Shown here: positions 48,773-57,881 of the stretch, in pieces | How positions within the stretch are numbered: the first letter of the stretch is position 1 | How the letters are laid out: every line of letters begins with the position of its first letter | IMG/VR virus record: IMGVR_UViG_3300029931_000011 | Length of the DNA: 64,000 bases | From: a virus | Reading direction: 5' to 3' (one strand) | Notes under the pieces: model-generated | The model's input: the letters and a program-made list of their open reading frames with translations, nothing else | Database searches by the model: none | Told to the model about the DNA's origin: nothing | Position numbers and translations under genes: made by a program

Positions 48773-49746
48773 GCCGCCGCCGGTGCCGCCGTGCCGTCGA
48801 GGTAGGCCTGCGCGGCCTCCTTCGAGGCGAAGACCTTCACCGAGCGTCCACACCGGCAGTTCGCTAGTTCCTCGACGGGCGCATCGCGGTCGCCGGGGTG
48901 CTTGAGCAGGTTGCCGAGCCCGCTGCGAAACAACTCGCCCCACCGCTTCCGCTGCCCGTTCATCGACGAGTGCCAGTGCCGCGAGCGCGGCGGGCCGCCG
49001 GCGTGCCACGTCTGGATCGCGAGGTCGGCGTCGAGCGTGCCGTCGTCGATCGCCTGCTGATACGCCTCGTGCTGGCCGGCGTGCACGGCCGACATCGTCT
49101 CCGTGCGCGAGATGACCTCCGCTCGGTACCGCAGCGCGCGCTGGTAGTACCGCTCGACGAGCTTGTCGATCTGCTTCGCCGTGAGCGGCTTCGCCTCATC
49201 GATCGCGCGGCGGACCGTGCCGTCGTACCGGGCGTCGCGGAGCTCCATGCCGAGCGCGCCGCGATCGAGCGTCTCCAGCCGGCGGCGGTACGAGCGCACC
49301 CATTCGGCCTGCTTCGGCGTGAGGCCGATCGAGTCGCGTATAGCACGCGCCTGTTCGCGTGGGTTCGTGCCCGACTTGATCCCGTCGGCCATCACCTCCC
49401 ACGCCTCTTCGCGCATCGCGTGAATGACGCGCTGTCGGTTCGATCGGAGCTGCGCGACGGCGCGCTCGTTCGTGCCGTCGTAGGTCACCACGACGTCGAG
49501 CTTCTTCGAGAGCTGCTCGGCGACCTCGTTGGCGACGAGCGCGGTGACGGCCTCGGTCTGGGCGGCGAACAGCGCGGCCCCGCGCTCGACCTCGTCGAGC
49601 ACGGTGGCGATGGTGCCCGATTCGAGCGCGTCCTCGAGCTTGGCGAGGGTGGCACGCGATCGAACGCGCTGCATGGCGGCCAGGTAGCGGCGGCGAACAC
49701 GCGGGGTCTGGCGGTCGAGAAGCTCCTGCAGGCGCTTGCGGGTCAT
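48769..49746 (-). CDS. minor head protein, Mu F / SPP1 gp7-like
   Basis: Full ORF of 325 aa. Motifs RTETMSAVHAG, PRSRHWHSSMNGQ and ELANCRCG. Confidence 0.9.
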   Translation of the reverse strand: MTRKRLQELLDRQTPRVRRRYLAAMQRVRSRATLAKLEDALESGTIATVLDEVERGAALFAAQTEAVTALVANEVAEQLSKKLDVVVTYDGTNERAVAQLRSNRQRVIHAMREEAWEVMADGIKSGTNPREQARAIRDSIGLTPKQAEWVRSYRRRLETLDRGALGMELRDARYDGTVRRAIDEAKPLTAKQIDKLVERYYQRALRYRAEVISRTETMSAVHAGQHEAYQQAIDDGTLDADLAIQTWHAGGPPRSRHWHSSMNGQRKRWGELFRSGLGNLLKHPGDRDAPVEELANCRCGRSVKVFASKEAAQAYLDGTAAPAAA

Positions 49747-50219
49747 CCGGGCCTCGGGACGCCGGGACCCGGCATCGCGGTGGGCGGAGGCCGCCCGTCA
49801 GCGCGCGCAACCTCATCGACTCGATCGCACCATCCCTGGTACGGCGTCTCGTTGCGCACCTCGATGACGCGTTCGAGCAACGCGCGATGAGAGCACCCGC
49901 GCTCGTGCTGACGATGCGCCGGGCAGGTGCACCCGACAGCGGTGGCGCCGAACGAGCACGCCCCGCGACATGACGCGCAACCGCACTCGACGCACACCGG
50001 CGTCGGCGCGCCGCGCCACCACGCAAGGAGTCGCCGCCACCACGGCGCGCGTACGCGAGCGACAGGCAGCGGCGCGCACCAGCACGGCGCACGACCGTCC
50101 CACGCGCAGTGAAACCCGTGCGCCTCGTCGAATGCGTCCGCCTCGTGGCGGGGACAGATCGGCCGGCCGAGCATGGACACGTCAACAGTCTCGTCGTCTG
50201 CCGAGTAGCGCCTGATCAT
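49743..50219 (-). CDS. hypothetical Cys/Trp-rich protein
   Basis: ORF 49743..50642 trimmed to ATG 50219, with ATGA overlaps at both ends. 17 Cys (VCVECGCASCRGACSFGATAVGCTCPAH). Noticeably more A/T-ending codons than its neighbours. Confidence 0.55.
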   Translation of the reverse strand: MIRRYSADDETVDVSMLGRPICPRHEADAFDEAHGFHCAWDGRAPCWCAPLPVARVRAPWWRRLLAWWRGAPTPVCVECGCASCRGACSFGATAVGCTCPAHRQHERGCSHRALLERVIEVRNETPYQGWCDRVDEVARADGRPPPTAMPGPGVPRPG

Positions 50220-50605
50220 GCCGCCGGCTCCTGCACCACGACCACGCCGAGCGCCTGCAACTCGCCGAGGATCTCGTCGAGCACCGTGTCGATGCCGCTC
50301 GCCATCACACGCTGGCCCTCGGTCTGCTCGACCTTCGGCACGATCAGGATCACGAGCCGATCGACCGGCCGCTCCTCGGGGCGGTCTCGCAGCGCCTTGC
50401 GTAGCACCCGCGCCACAGCCACGCCCTCGACCACGCGCGGCGCGCCGTCGGCGAGCATATCGGCGACGTGCTGCGATGCCTGCGACCAGCCCATGCCGAT
50501 GAAGTCGTCGGTCGACACGAGCGGCAGGCCAAGGGCGAGCGCCACGGCGCGCGCCGAGCTCGACTTGCCCGTGCGCGGGCCGCCGACGATCGCGATGCGC
50601 ATCAC
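50216..50605 (-). CDS. small P-loop NTPase/kinase-like protein
   Basis: Full ORF of 129 aa. Walker A IAIVGGPRTGKSS and Walker B-like RLVILIV. Confidence 0.8.
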   Translation of the reverse strand: MMRIAIVGGPRTGKSSSARAVALALGLPLVSTDDFIGMGWSQASQHVADMLADGAPRVVEGVAVARVLRKALRDRPEERPVDRLVILIVPKVEQTEGQRVMASGIDTVLDEILGELQALGVVVVQEPAA

Positions 50606-50979
50606 CGCACCGCCAGCGAAAACGTCGCGGCCGCTGCGTCACGGTCCACGATCGTGACCACCGCCCGCGTCACCCCGCCCGCCACCTGGACGCGGTCACC
50701 AGCGCGTGGCTCTATCGCCCCGCCACTGATCGTGTCGCCCAGGAGCACGACCATCACGTCGGTGCGCTTTACCAACGTGCCGTCGATGTGCCGTTGCTCG
50801 AGTGCCGCCTCGAAGCCCTTGCACGGGTAGGTTGCGGTCACCGGCTGCGTGCCGCCGGCGAGGTTGCCGGGCTCGCGAGTGGTGCCGGTGACGCGGGTGA
50901 GGGTGCAGTCGAGGAGGCCGGGCCCGATCTTCTGCGCGACGATCTTCGCGATGTCGACGCCGAACAGCTTCACGCCCAT
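50602..50979 (-). CDS. head-tail joining/head closure-like protein
   Basis: ORF 50602..51156 trimmed to ATG 50979. 125 aa. Assignment is weak and rests on position and size. Confidence 0.6.
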   Translation of the reverse strand: MGVKLFGVDIAKIVAQKIGPGLLDCTLTRVTGTTREPGNLAGGTQPVTATYPCKGFEAALEQRHIDGTLVKRTDVMVVLLGDTISGGAIEPRAGDRVQVAGGVTRAVVTIVDRDAAAATFSLAVR

Positions 50980-50981
50980 GG

Positions 50982-51518
50982 TCAGCCCCCGCCGTTGATG
51001 CCGAACTCGTCGCACGCATCGAACGCCGACTCGCCGTCGACGCCCGCCGCGTAGCTGCCGGCGCCCACGCCGCTCGACGACGTGCCCGCAAGGTACGGCG
51101 CGAGCAGCTCGGCGACGCGGCCAGGTAGCCGTCCACCGTCGCGCGGGCCGAACCACTCCACGTTGACGCCCTTCGCGTCCACACGCTTGATCTTGTCCTC
51201 GGTGGTGGTCGTCGTGAAGATCGACGAGTCGGCGAGGCCGGCGAGCGCGAGTTCGTAGGCGGCGTCGATGATCGCCTGCGGCAGACCGGCCGTCGTCGGG
51301 TCGGCGTGGGTCTCGTCGGCGAAGTCGAGCCCGGAGATTACGCGCGTCGCGCTGACGAGCGCCTGCTTCTGTCGCTTGCCGCTGCTGGCTGTGTTCTCCG
51401 ACGAGTTGTAGATCGGTTCGCGAGCGAGATCGCCGAGCGCGTACTCCTCGAGCGAATCAGCGCCCGTGTGCGTGCCGTACACCGAGTAGTCGACCGCGGA
51501 GATGGTGACCGTGCCCAT
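50982..51518 (-). CDS. head-tail connector/adaptor-like protein (gp6 / DnaT_2-like)
   Basis: Full ORF of 178 aa. The segment KQALVSATRVISGLDF and the position after the portal gene recall the gp6-like connector family (from memory). Confidence 0.65.
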   Translation of the reverse strand: MGTVTISAVDYSVYGTHTGADSLEEYALGDLAREPIYNSSENTASSGKRQKQALVSATRVISGLDFADETHADPTTAGLPQAIIDAAYELALAGLADSSIFTTTTTEDKIKRVDAKGVNVEWFGPRDGGRLPGRVAELLAPYLAGTSSSGVGAGSYAAGVDGESAFDACDEFGINGGG

Positions 51519-51521
51519 GGC

Positions 51522-53120
51522 TTACTCCTCCTCCTCGGGGTCGTCGTCCTCGTCAGGATCTTCCTTGCCGAGCTTGGCCATCTCGGCCGCGACTGCGCGC
51601 TCCTCCTCACGCCGCAGCACGAGGTCTGCGTCGTCGTGGGCCCTCATCGGCGGCGCGCCGAGGTGCTCGAGGAAGAAGTTGACGATCTCCTCGACGCGGT
51701 CGGGCGAGGCGCCGGCCTTCTGGAGGAAGTCGCCGACGGCCGCCATCGCGCTCGGGATGTCCTGGAGCTCGATCGCGGCCCACGTGAGCGTCGGCGCCGT
51801 CTCCGGGTCCCAGCCGTTCCACGCCCAGAGGGGCATGACGAGGTCGCGGCGGAAGGTCTCCGCGATGCGGTTGAGCACCGACGTCACCGTGCGAATCGCC
51901 GCCGCCATCTTGCTCGCGTGCATCGCGTCGGAGCCGCGACCCTCCTGGCCGAGGAGCAGGTACTCGAAGCCGAGCAGCGCGAGCAGCTGCCACGTGAGCC
52001 GATCGATCCGCCGCTCGAGCGCGTCGAAGCTCGAGGCCTGCGAGGCGAGCACCTCGGCGTGCCACCGCCGCACCGGCGACGGGCTCTGATCGGTCGACGG
52101 GTAGGTGCTCGAGTCGAGGATGAGCCCGCCACCCTTGCGCACCTTGGCGTCGACGAAGTTCTTGACCGGCTGGAACTCGGCGTCGAAGTCGGTCGCCGTG
52201 TAGCCGCTGTCCTTCTGCGCGACCTTCCCCTTCCGCTCCATCACCGGCCCGTACACGATCGGGACGCCGTTCACGTCCTTCTCGAAGGCGCGGTTCTGGT
52301 AGCGGACGAGCTCCTGCATCTGCCGCACCGCCTCGGCGAGCTGGCGCATGACGCCGCAACCCTCCGGGTGGTCCGTGATCGGGATGTCCTTCGTCCACAC
52401 CAGGCGGCCGCGCTCGATCGGGTGCTCGGTGCCGTCGTTCGGATCGCGCTGCACGATCCCGACGACCTGGCCGCGCTCGTGCTCCCACCGCTCGACGGTG
52501 TGCGGCGACAGCTTCATCAAGTCGAGCAGACCAAAGCGGCCGTCGGCGAGCCGCTTGAACGTCCACGCCTGCAGCGCGTAGCCGTCGAGCGTGGACATCG
52601 CCGCCGACATCACGGCGTCGGCCCACTGCGTGTCCATGGAGCCGATCTGCTTCTGCAGCCAGGCCGCGCGCTCCTGATCCTCGGGCGTCGCCTCCTCGGC
52701 GGCGTCGGCCTTGTACGGCTCGACGGTCCACGTCGGCGAGCCCGCGAGCGTCAGGTACGCGCGCACGCCGAGCCCGACCGGGATGACGTTGCGCTTCCAC
52801 TCGTCGAAGTTCCTCCACCTCGACGCGCCCACCATCTCGCCGTTCTTCTCGTTCGACTGCGGATAGCCGCCGTACCACGAGTAGCCCGGCACGCCCGCGC
52901 GCTCGGTCGGGCCGGCCGCCTTCTCGACCGCCGCCGCCTCGGTCGCCGACGAGGCCCGCTGCCCATGCAACGGCTCCTCCGACACGGGGTGGTAGTCGTC
53001 GAGCGCGTTACGCACAGGTTCCGGCGGCGGCATCGACGCGACGCCGAGCCAGGACGTGAAGCGAGAGAGCGCACGCATGGTCGGGGCCATGCTGCGGCCG
53101 CGATGGCGCGCGCCCCACAT
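51522..53120 (-). CDS. portal protein
   Basis: ORF of 532 aa directly downstream of terL, with an acidic C-terminus (EDPDEDDDPEEEE). Assigned by size and position. An alternative start is ATG 53090. Confidence 0.8.
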   Translation of the reverse strand: MWGARHRGRSMAPTMRALSRFTSWLGVASMPPPEPVRNALDDYHPVSEEPLHGQRASSATEAAAVEKAAGPTERAGVPGYSWYGGYPQSNEKNGEMVGASRWRNFDEWKRNVIPVGLGVRAYLTLAGSPTWTVEPYKADAAEEATPEDQERAAWLQKQIGSMDTQWADAVMSAAMSTLDGYALQAWTFKRLADGRFGLLDLMKLSPHTVERWEHERGQVVGIVQRDPNDGTEHPIERGRLVWTKDIPITDHPEGCGVMRQLAEAVRQMQELVRYQNRAFEKDVNGVPIVYGPVMERKGKVAQKDSGYTATDFDAEFQPVKNFVDAKVRKGGGLILDSSTYPSTDQSPSPVRRWHAEVLASQASSFDALERRIDRLTWQLLALLGFEYLLLGQEGRGSDAMHASKMAAAIRTVTSVLNRIAETFRRDLVMPLWAWNGWDPETAPTLTWAAIELQDIPSAMAAVGDFLQKAGASPDRVEEIVNFFLEHLGAPPMRAHDDADLVLRREEERAVAAEMAKLGKEDPDEDDDPEEEE

Positions 53121-54680
53121 TCACTCGTCGTACGTGCCGGCATCCGACGGCGCCCAGGTTCCGACCTGGTTCGTGTCGATCCCGCCGCCGCCGCGGTGGA
53201 GCAGGTTGAAGGCGTGCCGCGCCCAATCGACCTGATCGTCGTGCGGGTCATCGAGGCCGGTGAACTCGCGGTGCTCCTCGATGAAGTCGTGCCAGTCGTC
53301 GAGCGGGTCGTCCGGGTCGGAGAGCGGCACCTCGACGCGCGCCTGGTTCCATGCGTCGGCGTAGGGCGTCGCGCCCTCCATCTTGCCGCCCTTCGTGAAC
53401 GCCGCCGGCAGCGGGAAGACCTGCACCTCGCCATCGAGCGCGCGGATCACGTCGGGCATCGCCGAGAAGCCGCCCACCGCTTCGACGTAGATCGGTAGCC
53501 CGTACTCCTTGGCCATCGGCTTCACGTGCTCGCGAAGGAACGCTGGCACCGAGGCCTGCGCGCGCTTGTTGCGGAGGATGCGCGCGCGCTCGTTCTCGCC
53601 GATGCCGATCATTCCCATGACGCCGGCGGCCTGGTAGTCGCTCGAGGTCTTCTTCGTGCCCGCCGGATCCCACACGAGCGCGAGGCGCCACGCCTGCCCG
53701 TCGAGGCCAAGCCCCTCGAGCTTGTAGCGTTGCGGCTCGTCCTGGAAGAGCTTCGAGTCGCGCGGCCGCGGCTCCTGCTGGTAGAGCGACCACCAGCGAT
53801 AGGCGCCCTTCGCGCGCTGCTTCCGCGCCCACTCGATGTCGTAGCCCGCCTCGGGCCAGAGCGCGATGTGGATGTCGGGGTCGAAGTCCTGCCCCCGCGC
53901 ACCACCGTCGACGGGTTCGCCGGTGCGCGCGTCGACGACCGCGGCGAGCTTGATGTGCTCCCACGTCTCGCCGAGCCCGTCGCGCATGATACGGCCGAGC
54001 GGGTCGTCGAGGTGCCATCGTGTGCCGACGAGGAAGTTGCTCGCGCCGCGCTCCATGCGCGTCATGACGTCGTCGAGCAGGTACTCGAAGGTCTTGTCGC
54101 GGATGAGGCGCGACTCGGCCGCGATGCGGCCCTTGAGCATGTCGTCGTTCACGATCGCGCCGCTGTTGCAGCCGCGCCCGGTGATGTCGCCGCCGACGCT
54201 CGTGGACTTGAGCCCGCCGTCGAAGGTCGTTGCCCAATCGTGCACGTTGGCGCGGTCGTCGGCGATCGGGACGCCGGCCTTGCGCGCGAGCTTGCGCGTC
54301 TTGTACGAGAAGTCGGTCGCGAGCGAGTCGCCGAAGGTGACGTAGAAGTTGAGGCACGCCGGATCGCGAAGAAGTCGCCACGCGAGGTACTGGCGCAGCG
54401 ACGTCGACTTCCCGAAGCGCGGCGGCATCGAGCAAGTGACGTGCACCGGCCGAATGCGGCTCTCCTGGAACAGCGCGTAGAGCCGACGCAGGTGCCGCGG
54501 CACGACGCGTCCGAGCTCGGGCGAGTGCTGGTGCACGAAGTCGACGAAGGACAGCCCGCCGTGCTGCGCTTCGTACAGCGTCCGGTACCGCTCCTGGTCG
54601 GCGGGCGACAGCCGCGCCAGCTCAGCCGGCGTCAGCGCCACCAGTCGGCTCGCTCGGTGCGGACGCCGCCTCGCGCGCAC
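53121..54680 (-). CDS. terL: terminase large subunit
   Basis: ORF of 519 aa. Walker A-like MPPRFGKST, Walker B-like GAIVNDDM and TRWHLDDP. The start is uncertain (GTG 54641 is possible). Overlaps the terS end. Confidence 0.9.
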   Translation of the reverse strand: MRARRRPHRASRLVALTPAELARLSPADQERYRTLYEAQHGGLSFVDFVHQHSPELGRVVPRHLRRLYALFQESRIRPVHVTCSMPPRFGKSTSLRQYLAWRLLRDPACLNFYVTFGDSLATDFSYKTRKLARKAGVPIADDRANVHDWATTFDGGLKSTSVGGDITGRGCNSGAIVNDDMLKGRIAAESRLIRDKTFEYLLDDVMTRMERGASNFLVGTRWHLDDPLGRIMRDGLGETWEHIKLAAVVDARTGEPVDGGARGQDFDPDIHIALWPEAGYDIEWARKQRAKGAYRWWSLYQQEPRPRDSKLFQDEPQRYKLEGLGLDGQAWRLALVWDPAGTKKTSSDYQAAGVMGMIGIGENERARILRNKRAQASVPAFLREHVKPMAKEYGLPIYVEAVGGFSAMPDVIRALDGEVQVFPLPAAFTKGGKMEGATPYADAWNQARVEVPLSDPDDPLDDWHDFIEEHREFTGLDDPHDDQVDWARHAFNLLHRGGGGIDTNQVGTWAPSDAGTYDE

Positions 54681-55209
54681 GGCGCTCGAGCTCGGCCAGC
54701 TCGTCGAGACGCGTCGCCGGCGTCGCCTTGATGGCCGCGATCACCGCGTCGAGGCCTCCGGTGCCCACCTCGACCTTCGTGAGCTTCAAGCCGAGGAGGT
54801 CCATGATCTTCCCGGCCGCGGCGATCGCGTTCTTCCGGTCCTTGGCCTCGCGGCACTCGAGCAGGAGGTCCTCGAGGATGCGGAGCAGCCGCGCGCGCTC
54901 GAAGGGTGCGGCGTCCTTGTCGATCTCGGCCCACCGCTCCGAGATGGCTTGCTTGTAGCGCCAGACGTGTCGCTCGGTCAGGCCAAACTGGCGAGCGATC
55001 TCCTCGACAGCGAGCCCCGGCGACTTCCCGCGCGAGAGCAACTCGGAGAGCGCGCGTCGGACCTCAACCCGCCCGAGTTGCGCGTCCGCCTGCTCCTGCT
55101 CCTCGGGCGTGAACGTGGTGACGGTCGCGCCTTCGGCGTCTCGTCGCTTCCGCGGGCGGCCGAGCGGCTTGCGCGTGGTCCGTGGCTTGGTCTTCGGCTT
55201 CGGGGGCAT
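54622..55209 (-). CDS. terS: terminase small subunit
   Basis: ORF 54622..55485 trimmed to ATG 55209. Basic N-terminus and HTH-like LAVEEIARQFGLTERHVWRYKQ. Lies immediately upstream of terL. Confidence 0.75.
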   Translation of the reverse strand: MPPKPKTKPRTTRKPLGRPRKRRDAEGATVTTFTPEEQEQADAQLGRVEVRRALSELLSRGKSPGLAVEEIARQFGLTERHVWRYKQAISERWAEIDKDAAPFERARLLRILEDLLLECREAKDRKNAIAAAGKIMDLLGLKLTKVEVGTGGLDAVIAAIKATPATRLDELAELERRAREAASAPSEPTGGADAG

Positions 55210-55257
55210 GGCGTGCGCCTGTCCACGATTGACACCAACTGACGCGACTTCCCCAAT

Positions 55258-55953
55258 TTGGGTTCGCGCTCGCACCTCGGTGACGGTGCCGTGGTGCCCG
55301 ACGACCGCGACCGGCGCCGAGAGGCGGACCCGCTCCACGACACGGTGGACGAGTCGACGGGCGTGGTGCGCGACGCGGTCGACCCGGACAACACGCCGAT
55401 CGACAAGCTGATCGCGCTCATCCGCGAGGACGTGGGCCTCCTGTCGGCGCGGGACGAGCGCCTCATCCGTGCCGTGGAGGCGCACCGGGAACGGGCGCAG
55501 GAGCGCAGCGAGAAGCGCCGCCCGCAGCCCGCGTCACCCGAGGTCGATCGCGCCCAGCTCGTGTCGCTGCTCGCCGAGGACATGGCGCAGTGGGAGCCGT
55601 TCCAGCACCTCCACGCGAAGGCCGAAGCCGCGCACAAGCTCGCCGAGAAGGCGGAGGCGCGGTGGAAGTGGCCGATGCGGATCGCCTCGATGCTCGCCGC
55701 CGGCGCGCTCGGCGTGGTGGGCTGGGTGCTCTCGGAGACGCGCTCGAGCGGCTACGAGGCGCGCACGACCGAGGTGTACCGAGCGCAGGTCGACGCGAAC
55801 GCCAAGGCGATCTTGGTGCTCGACGACGCGCTCGACGATGTTCTGCGAGAGCTGGCCGAGATCCGTGGGCGGATGTCCCGCGGCGGCTACCCGATTCGCA
55901 TGGTGCCGGTCACCGGCCCACGCACCGAACCCGATGACGACGATGGAGAGTGA
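55258..55953 (+). CDS. membrane-anchored coiled-coil protein, first gene of the lysis-side operon
   Basis: ORF of 231 aa with one TM segment (MRIASMLAAGALGVVGWVL). The TTG start from the track is doubtful. An internal GTG at 55291/55294 is possible. Confidence 0.65.
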   Translation: MGSRSHLGDGAVVPDDRDRRREADPLHDTVDESTGVVRDAVDPDNTPIDKLIALIREDVGLLSARDERLIRAVEAHRERAQERSEKRRPQPASPEVDRAQLVSLLAEDMAQWEPFQHLHAKAEAAHKLAEKAEARWKWPMRIASMLAAGALGVVGWVLSETRSSGYEARTTEVYRAQVDANAKAILVLDDALDDVLRELAEIRGRMSRGGYPIRMVPVTGPRTEPDDDDGE

Positions 55954-55956
55954 CCG

Positions 55957-56529
55957 ATGAAGAAGATCCTGTTCCCGCTCATGATCGTGTGTGCCGTGGC
56001 CCTCGGCTACGGCTCGATGTTCGCCGCCAACGCGATCGGCGAGGCCGAGGCGCCGGCGCCGGTGGCGCTGATGGTCGATGCCGGACCGGCGGCGGAGCCG
56101 GGCCCGGGGCCCGCGGCGGCAGCCGTGGGGGTCGAGCCGACGCAGCCGAGCATCGTCGCGCCCTCGGGGCCCTGCATCGATCGAGACGGGCCGGGGCCGG
56201 CGCCGTGCATCGCGACGCCTCTCGACGCCCACGGCGAGTCGCTGGATACCGCGCGCGCAGCGCAGAAGGTCGGATGGCCGCTGCTCGTGCTCGTGCTGGC
56301 GTTCGGCCTGCTGACGGCGCTCGCCGGGCGGATCAAGTGGCTCGGCGAGGGGTATCGAGCCCTGGCGTCCGCCGGGCTGATCGCCGGGTTGGCGGCGGCG
56401 GCGAACGCGAGCTTCGCCGGCGGCTCCTACTACGCGATGGCCACGGCGGCGGCGGGTGCCGTGCTGCTCGCCCTGCAAGGCAACCGGACCGTCGCCGAGC
56501 TGGTGAAGTCGGCGAAGGGCGGGGCGTGA
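55957..56529 (+). CDS. secreted/multi-pass membrane protein
   Basis: Full ORF of 190 aa. Signal-like MKKILFPLMIVCAVALGYGSMFA and later hydrophobic spans. Confidence 0.75.
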   Translation: MKKILFPLMIVCAVALGYGSMFAANAIGEAEAPAPVALMVDAGPAAEPGPGPAAAAVGVEPTQPSIVAPSGPCIDRDGPGPAPCIATPLDAHGESLDTARAAQKVGWPLLVLVLAFGLLTALAGRIKWLGEGYRALASAGLIAGLAAAANASFAGGSYYAMATAAAGAVLLALQGNRTVAELVKSAKGGA

Positions 56530-56765
56530 TGGAGCCCCGCGAGCTGACGGTCCTGCGCGAGAGCGGCGAGCACATCGCGCAGTTCTTCTCCTACGCCCAC
56601 CTACCCGAGAAGATGCAGGCGGTCTCGCGGCCGTTCGCCGAGCTGGCGGCCACGGTCATCGAGACGTGCCCGCGGAACCCGGAGCGCACGGTGGCGCTGC
56701 GGAAGCTCCTCGAGGCCAAGGACGCAGCGGTGCGGGCGTTCATCGCGAAGGACGTGCCGCGGTGA
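56529..56765 (+). CDS. hypothetical protein
   Basis: ATG 56529 at a TGATG junction. Translation: MEPRELTVLRESGEHIAQFFSYAHLPEKMQAVSRPFAELAATVIETCPRNPERTVALRKLLEAKDAAVRAF. Confidence 0.7.
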   Translation: MEPRELTVLRESGEHIAQFFSYAHLPEKMQAVSRPFAELAATVIETCPRNPERTVALRKLLEAKDAAVRAFIAKDVPR

Positions 56766-57250
56766 GCGACCTGCCCGAGTACAAGCTCGAGGGCTACGCG
56801 TCCGCCGGTGACGTGCTGCAGCTGCACCCGGATGGCGTGCTGCGCCGCAAGCCGCCGACCCCTCCGCCTGTGCGCGAGGACCTCGGCACGCACACGTGCG
56901 GGCGCCGCACCGAGGACGGTGTGCCGCCAGACGGGCGGCCGGGGCCCGACACGTGGCGCGAGCGCCCGGGTGAGCTGCCGTCCTGCTCGTACTGCGGCTC
57001 GATGCACCCGAACGAATTCATGCGCATCGCCGAGGGCGGCGTGCATGAGCTCGGCCCCACCGACAAGAGCTACAAGGTCTACGTCGATAGCCACCGGCCG
57101 TCGAAGTTCTACTTCCAGCACCTCACGCTCGAGCAGCGGCACCGGTTCATCGAGCTGCTGAACGCGGGCACGATGAAGATCGGCTTCCCGGGCCGGTTCT
57201 ACTCGCGACCGTTCTTCGTGCAGTACTCGAAGCCGGCCGAGGGCGCCTAA
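56762..57250 (+). CDS. hypothetical protein
   Basis: GTG 56762 in a GTGA overlap. 162 aa. Contains CSYCGSMHPNEF. Confidence 0.7.
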   Translation: MSDLPEYKLEGYASAGDVLQLHPDGVLRRKPPTPPPVREDLGTHTCGRRTEDGVPPDGRPGPDTWRERPGELPSCSYCGSMHPNEFMRIAEGGVHELGPTDKSYKVYVDSHRPSKFYFQHLTLEQRHRFIELLNAGTMKIGFPGRFYSRPFFVQYSKPAEGA

Positions 57251-57352
57251 CGTGCTGACCGCGGCCATCATGCTCGGTGCGGCAGCAGGTGACCGCGGCT
57301 GCGCGGTGGCGCTGGTGATGGCCGTCGTGATGGTCATGGCGCTGGAGGTGCG

Positions 57353-57748
57353 GTGATGGAGGCGGTCGCCGGTCTCGTCGTCCTCGCGGTCATCCTCGGC
57401 GGCACCGTCACCGCGGTGGTGCTCGCGTACCGCCAGGCGCTCGCCGACCGGGACGCGCGCCGGGTGGCCGAGGTCGAGCGCGCAGAGATCGCTGGCGAGT
57501 TGCGCCTCACCGAAGCCGCCCTGGAGACGAGCGAACGCTTCCGCCTCGCGGAGAAGTCCCGAGGCGACGCACTGGAGGAGGAGCTTGCCGATGCTGACCG
57601 TGCTGCGATTGCCGATCCTGACCCTGGTGCTCGTCGTCGCGTGCTCGCGCGGTGGAGGGCGTCCCTCGACACCGCAGCCGCCTCGGCCCGTGCTGGTCGA
57701 GACGCCGGGCCTGTGTCTGACCCAGCAGCCGCCGATGCCGACCCCTGA
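57353..57748 (+). CDS. i-spanin (Rz-like)
   Basis: Full ORF of 131 aa. N-terminal TM segment EAVAGLVVLAVILGGTVTAVVLAY, then a charged coiled coil. Contains the o-spanin gene start in another frame. Confidence 0.75.
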   Translation: MMEAVAGLVVLAVILGGTVTAVVLAYRQALADRDARRVAEVERAEIAGELRLTEAALETSERFRLAEKSRGDALEEELADADRAAIADPDPGARRRVLARWRASLDTAAASARAGRDAGPVSDPAAADADP

Positions 57749-57881
57749 GCTACTTGCCATCGCCGACGAAGGGACGCCGACCCCGGACCAGGAGGCGCTC
57801 TTGTGGACGTACCTGGAGGCGGTGGAGTCGTACGCATGGCGGGCGTGGAAGCTCTGCGGGCGAAGGGCGGTGGAGAGGTGA
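57591..57881 (+). CDS. o-spanin (Rz1-like lipoprotein), overlapping the i-spanin gene
   Basis: ATG 57591 with GGAGGAGGAG upstream. MLTVLRLPILTLVLVVAC lipobox, Pro-rich mature part. Confidence 0.75.
   Translation: MLTVLRLPILTLVLVVACSRGGGRPSTPQPPRPVLVETPGLCLTQQPPMPTPELLAIADEGTPTPDQEALLWTYLEAVESYAWRAWKLCGRRAVER

Noticed and set aside
51306-54731. Plus-strand ORFs 51306..53498 (730 aa) and 53526..54731 (401 aa)
   Set aside because: They are antisense shadows of the portal and terminase genes, with Arg/Leu/Val/Ala/Asp-rich translations and no recognisable motifs.
55229-55259. TTGACA at 55229-55234 as the -35 box of the lysis-operon promoter
   Set aside because: The best -10 candidates (CCAATT/CAATTT) are poor, need 18-19 nt spacing, and overlap the TTG start proposed by the ORF track. 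This is too uncertain to annotate.
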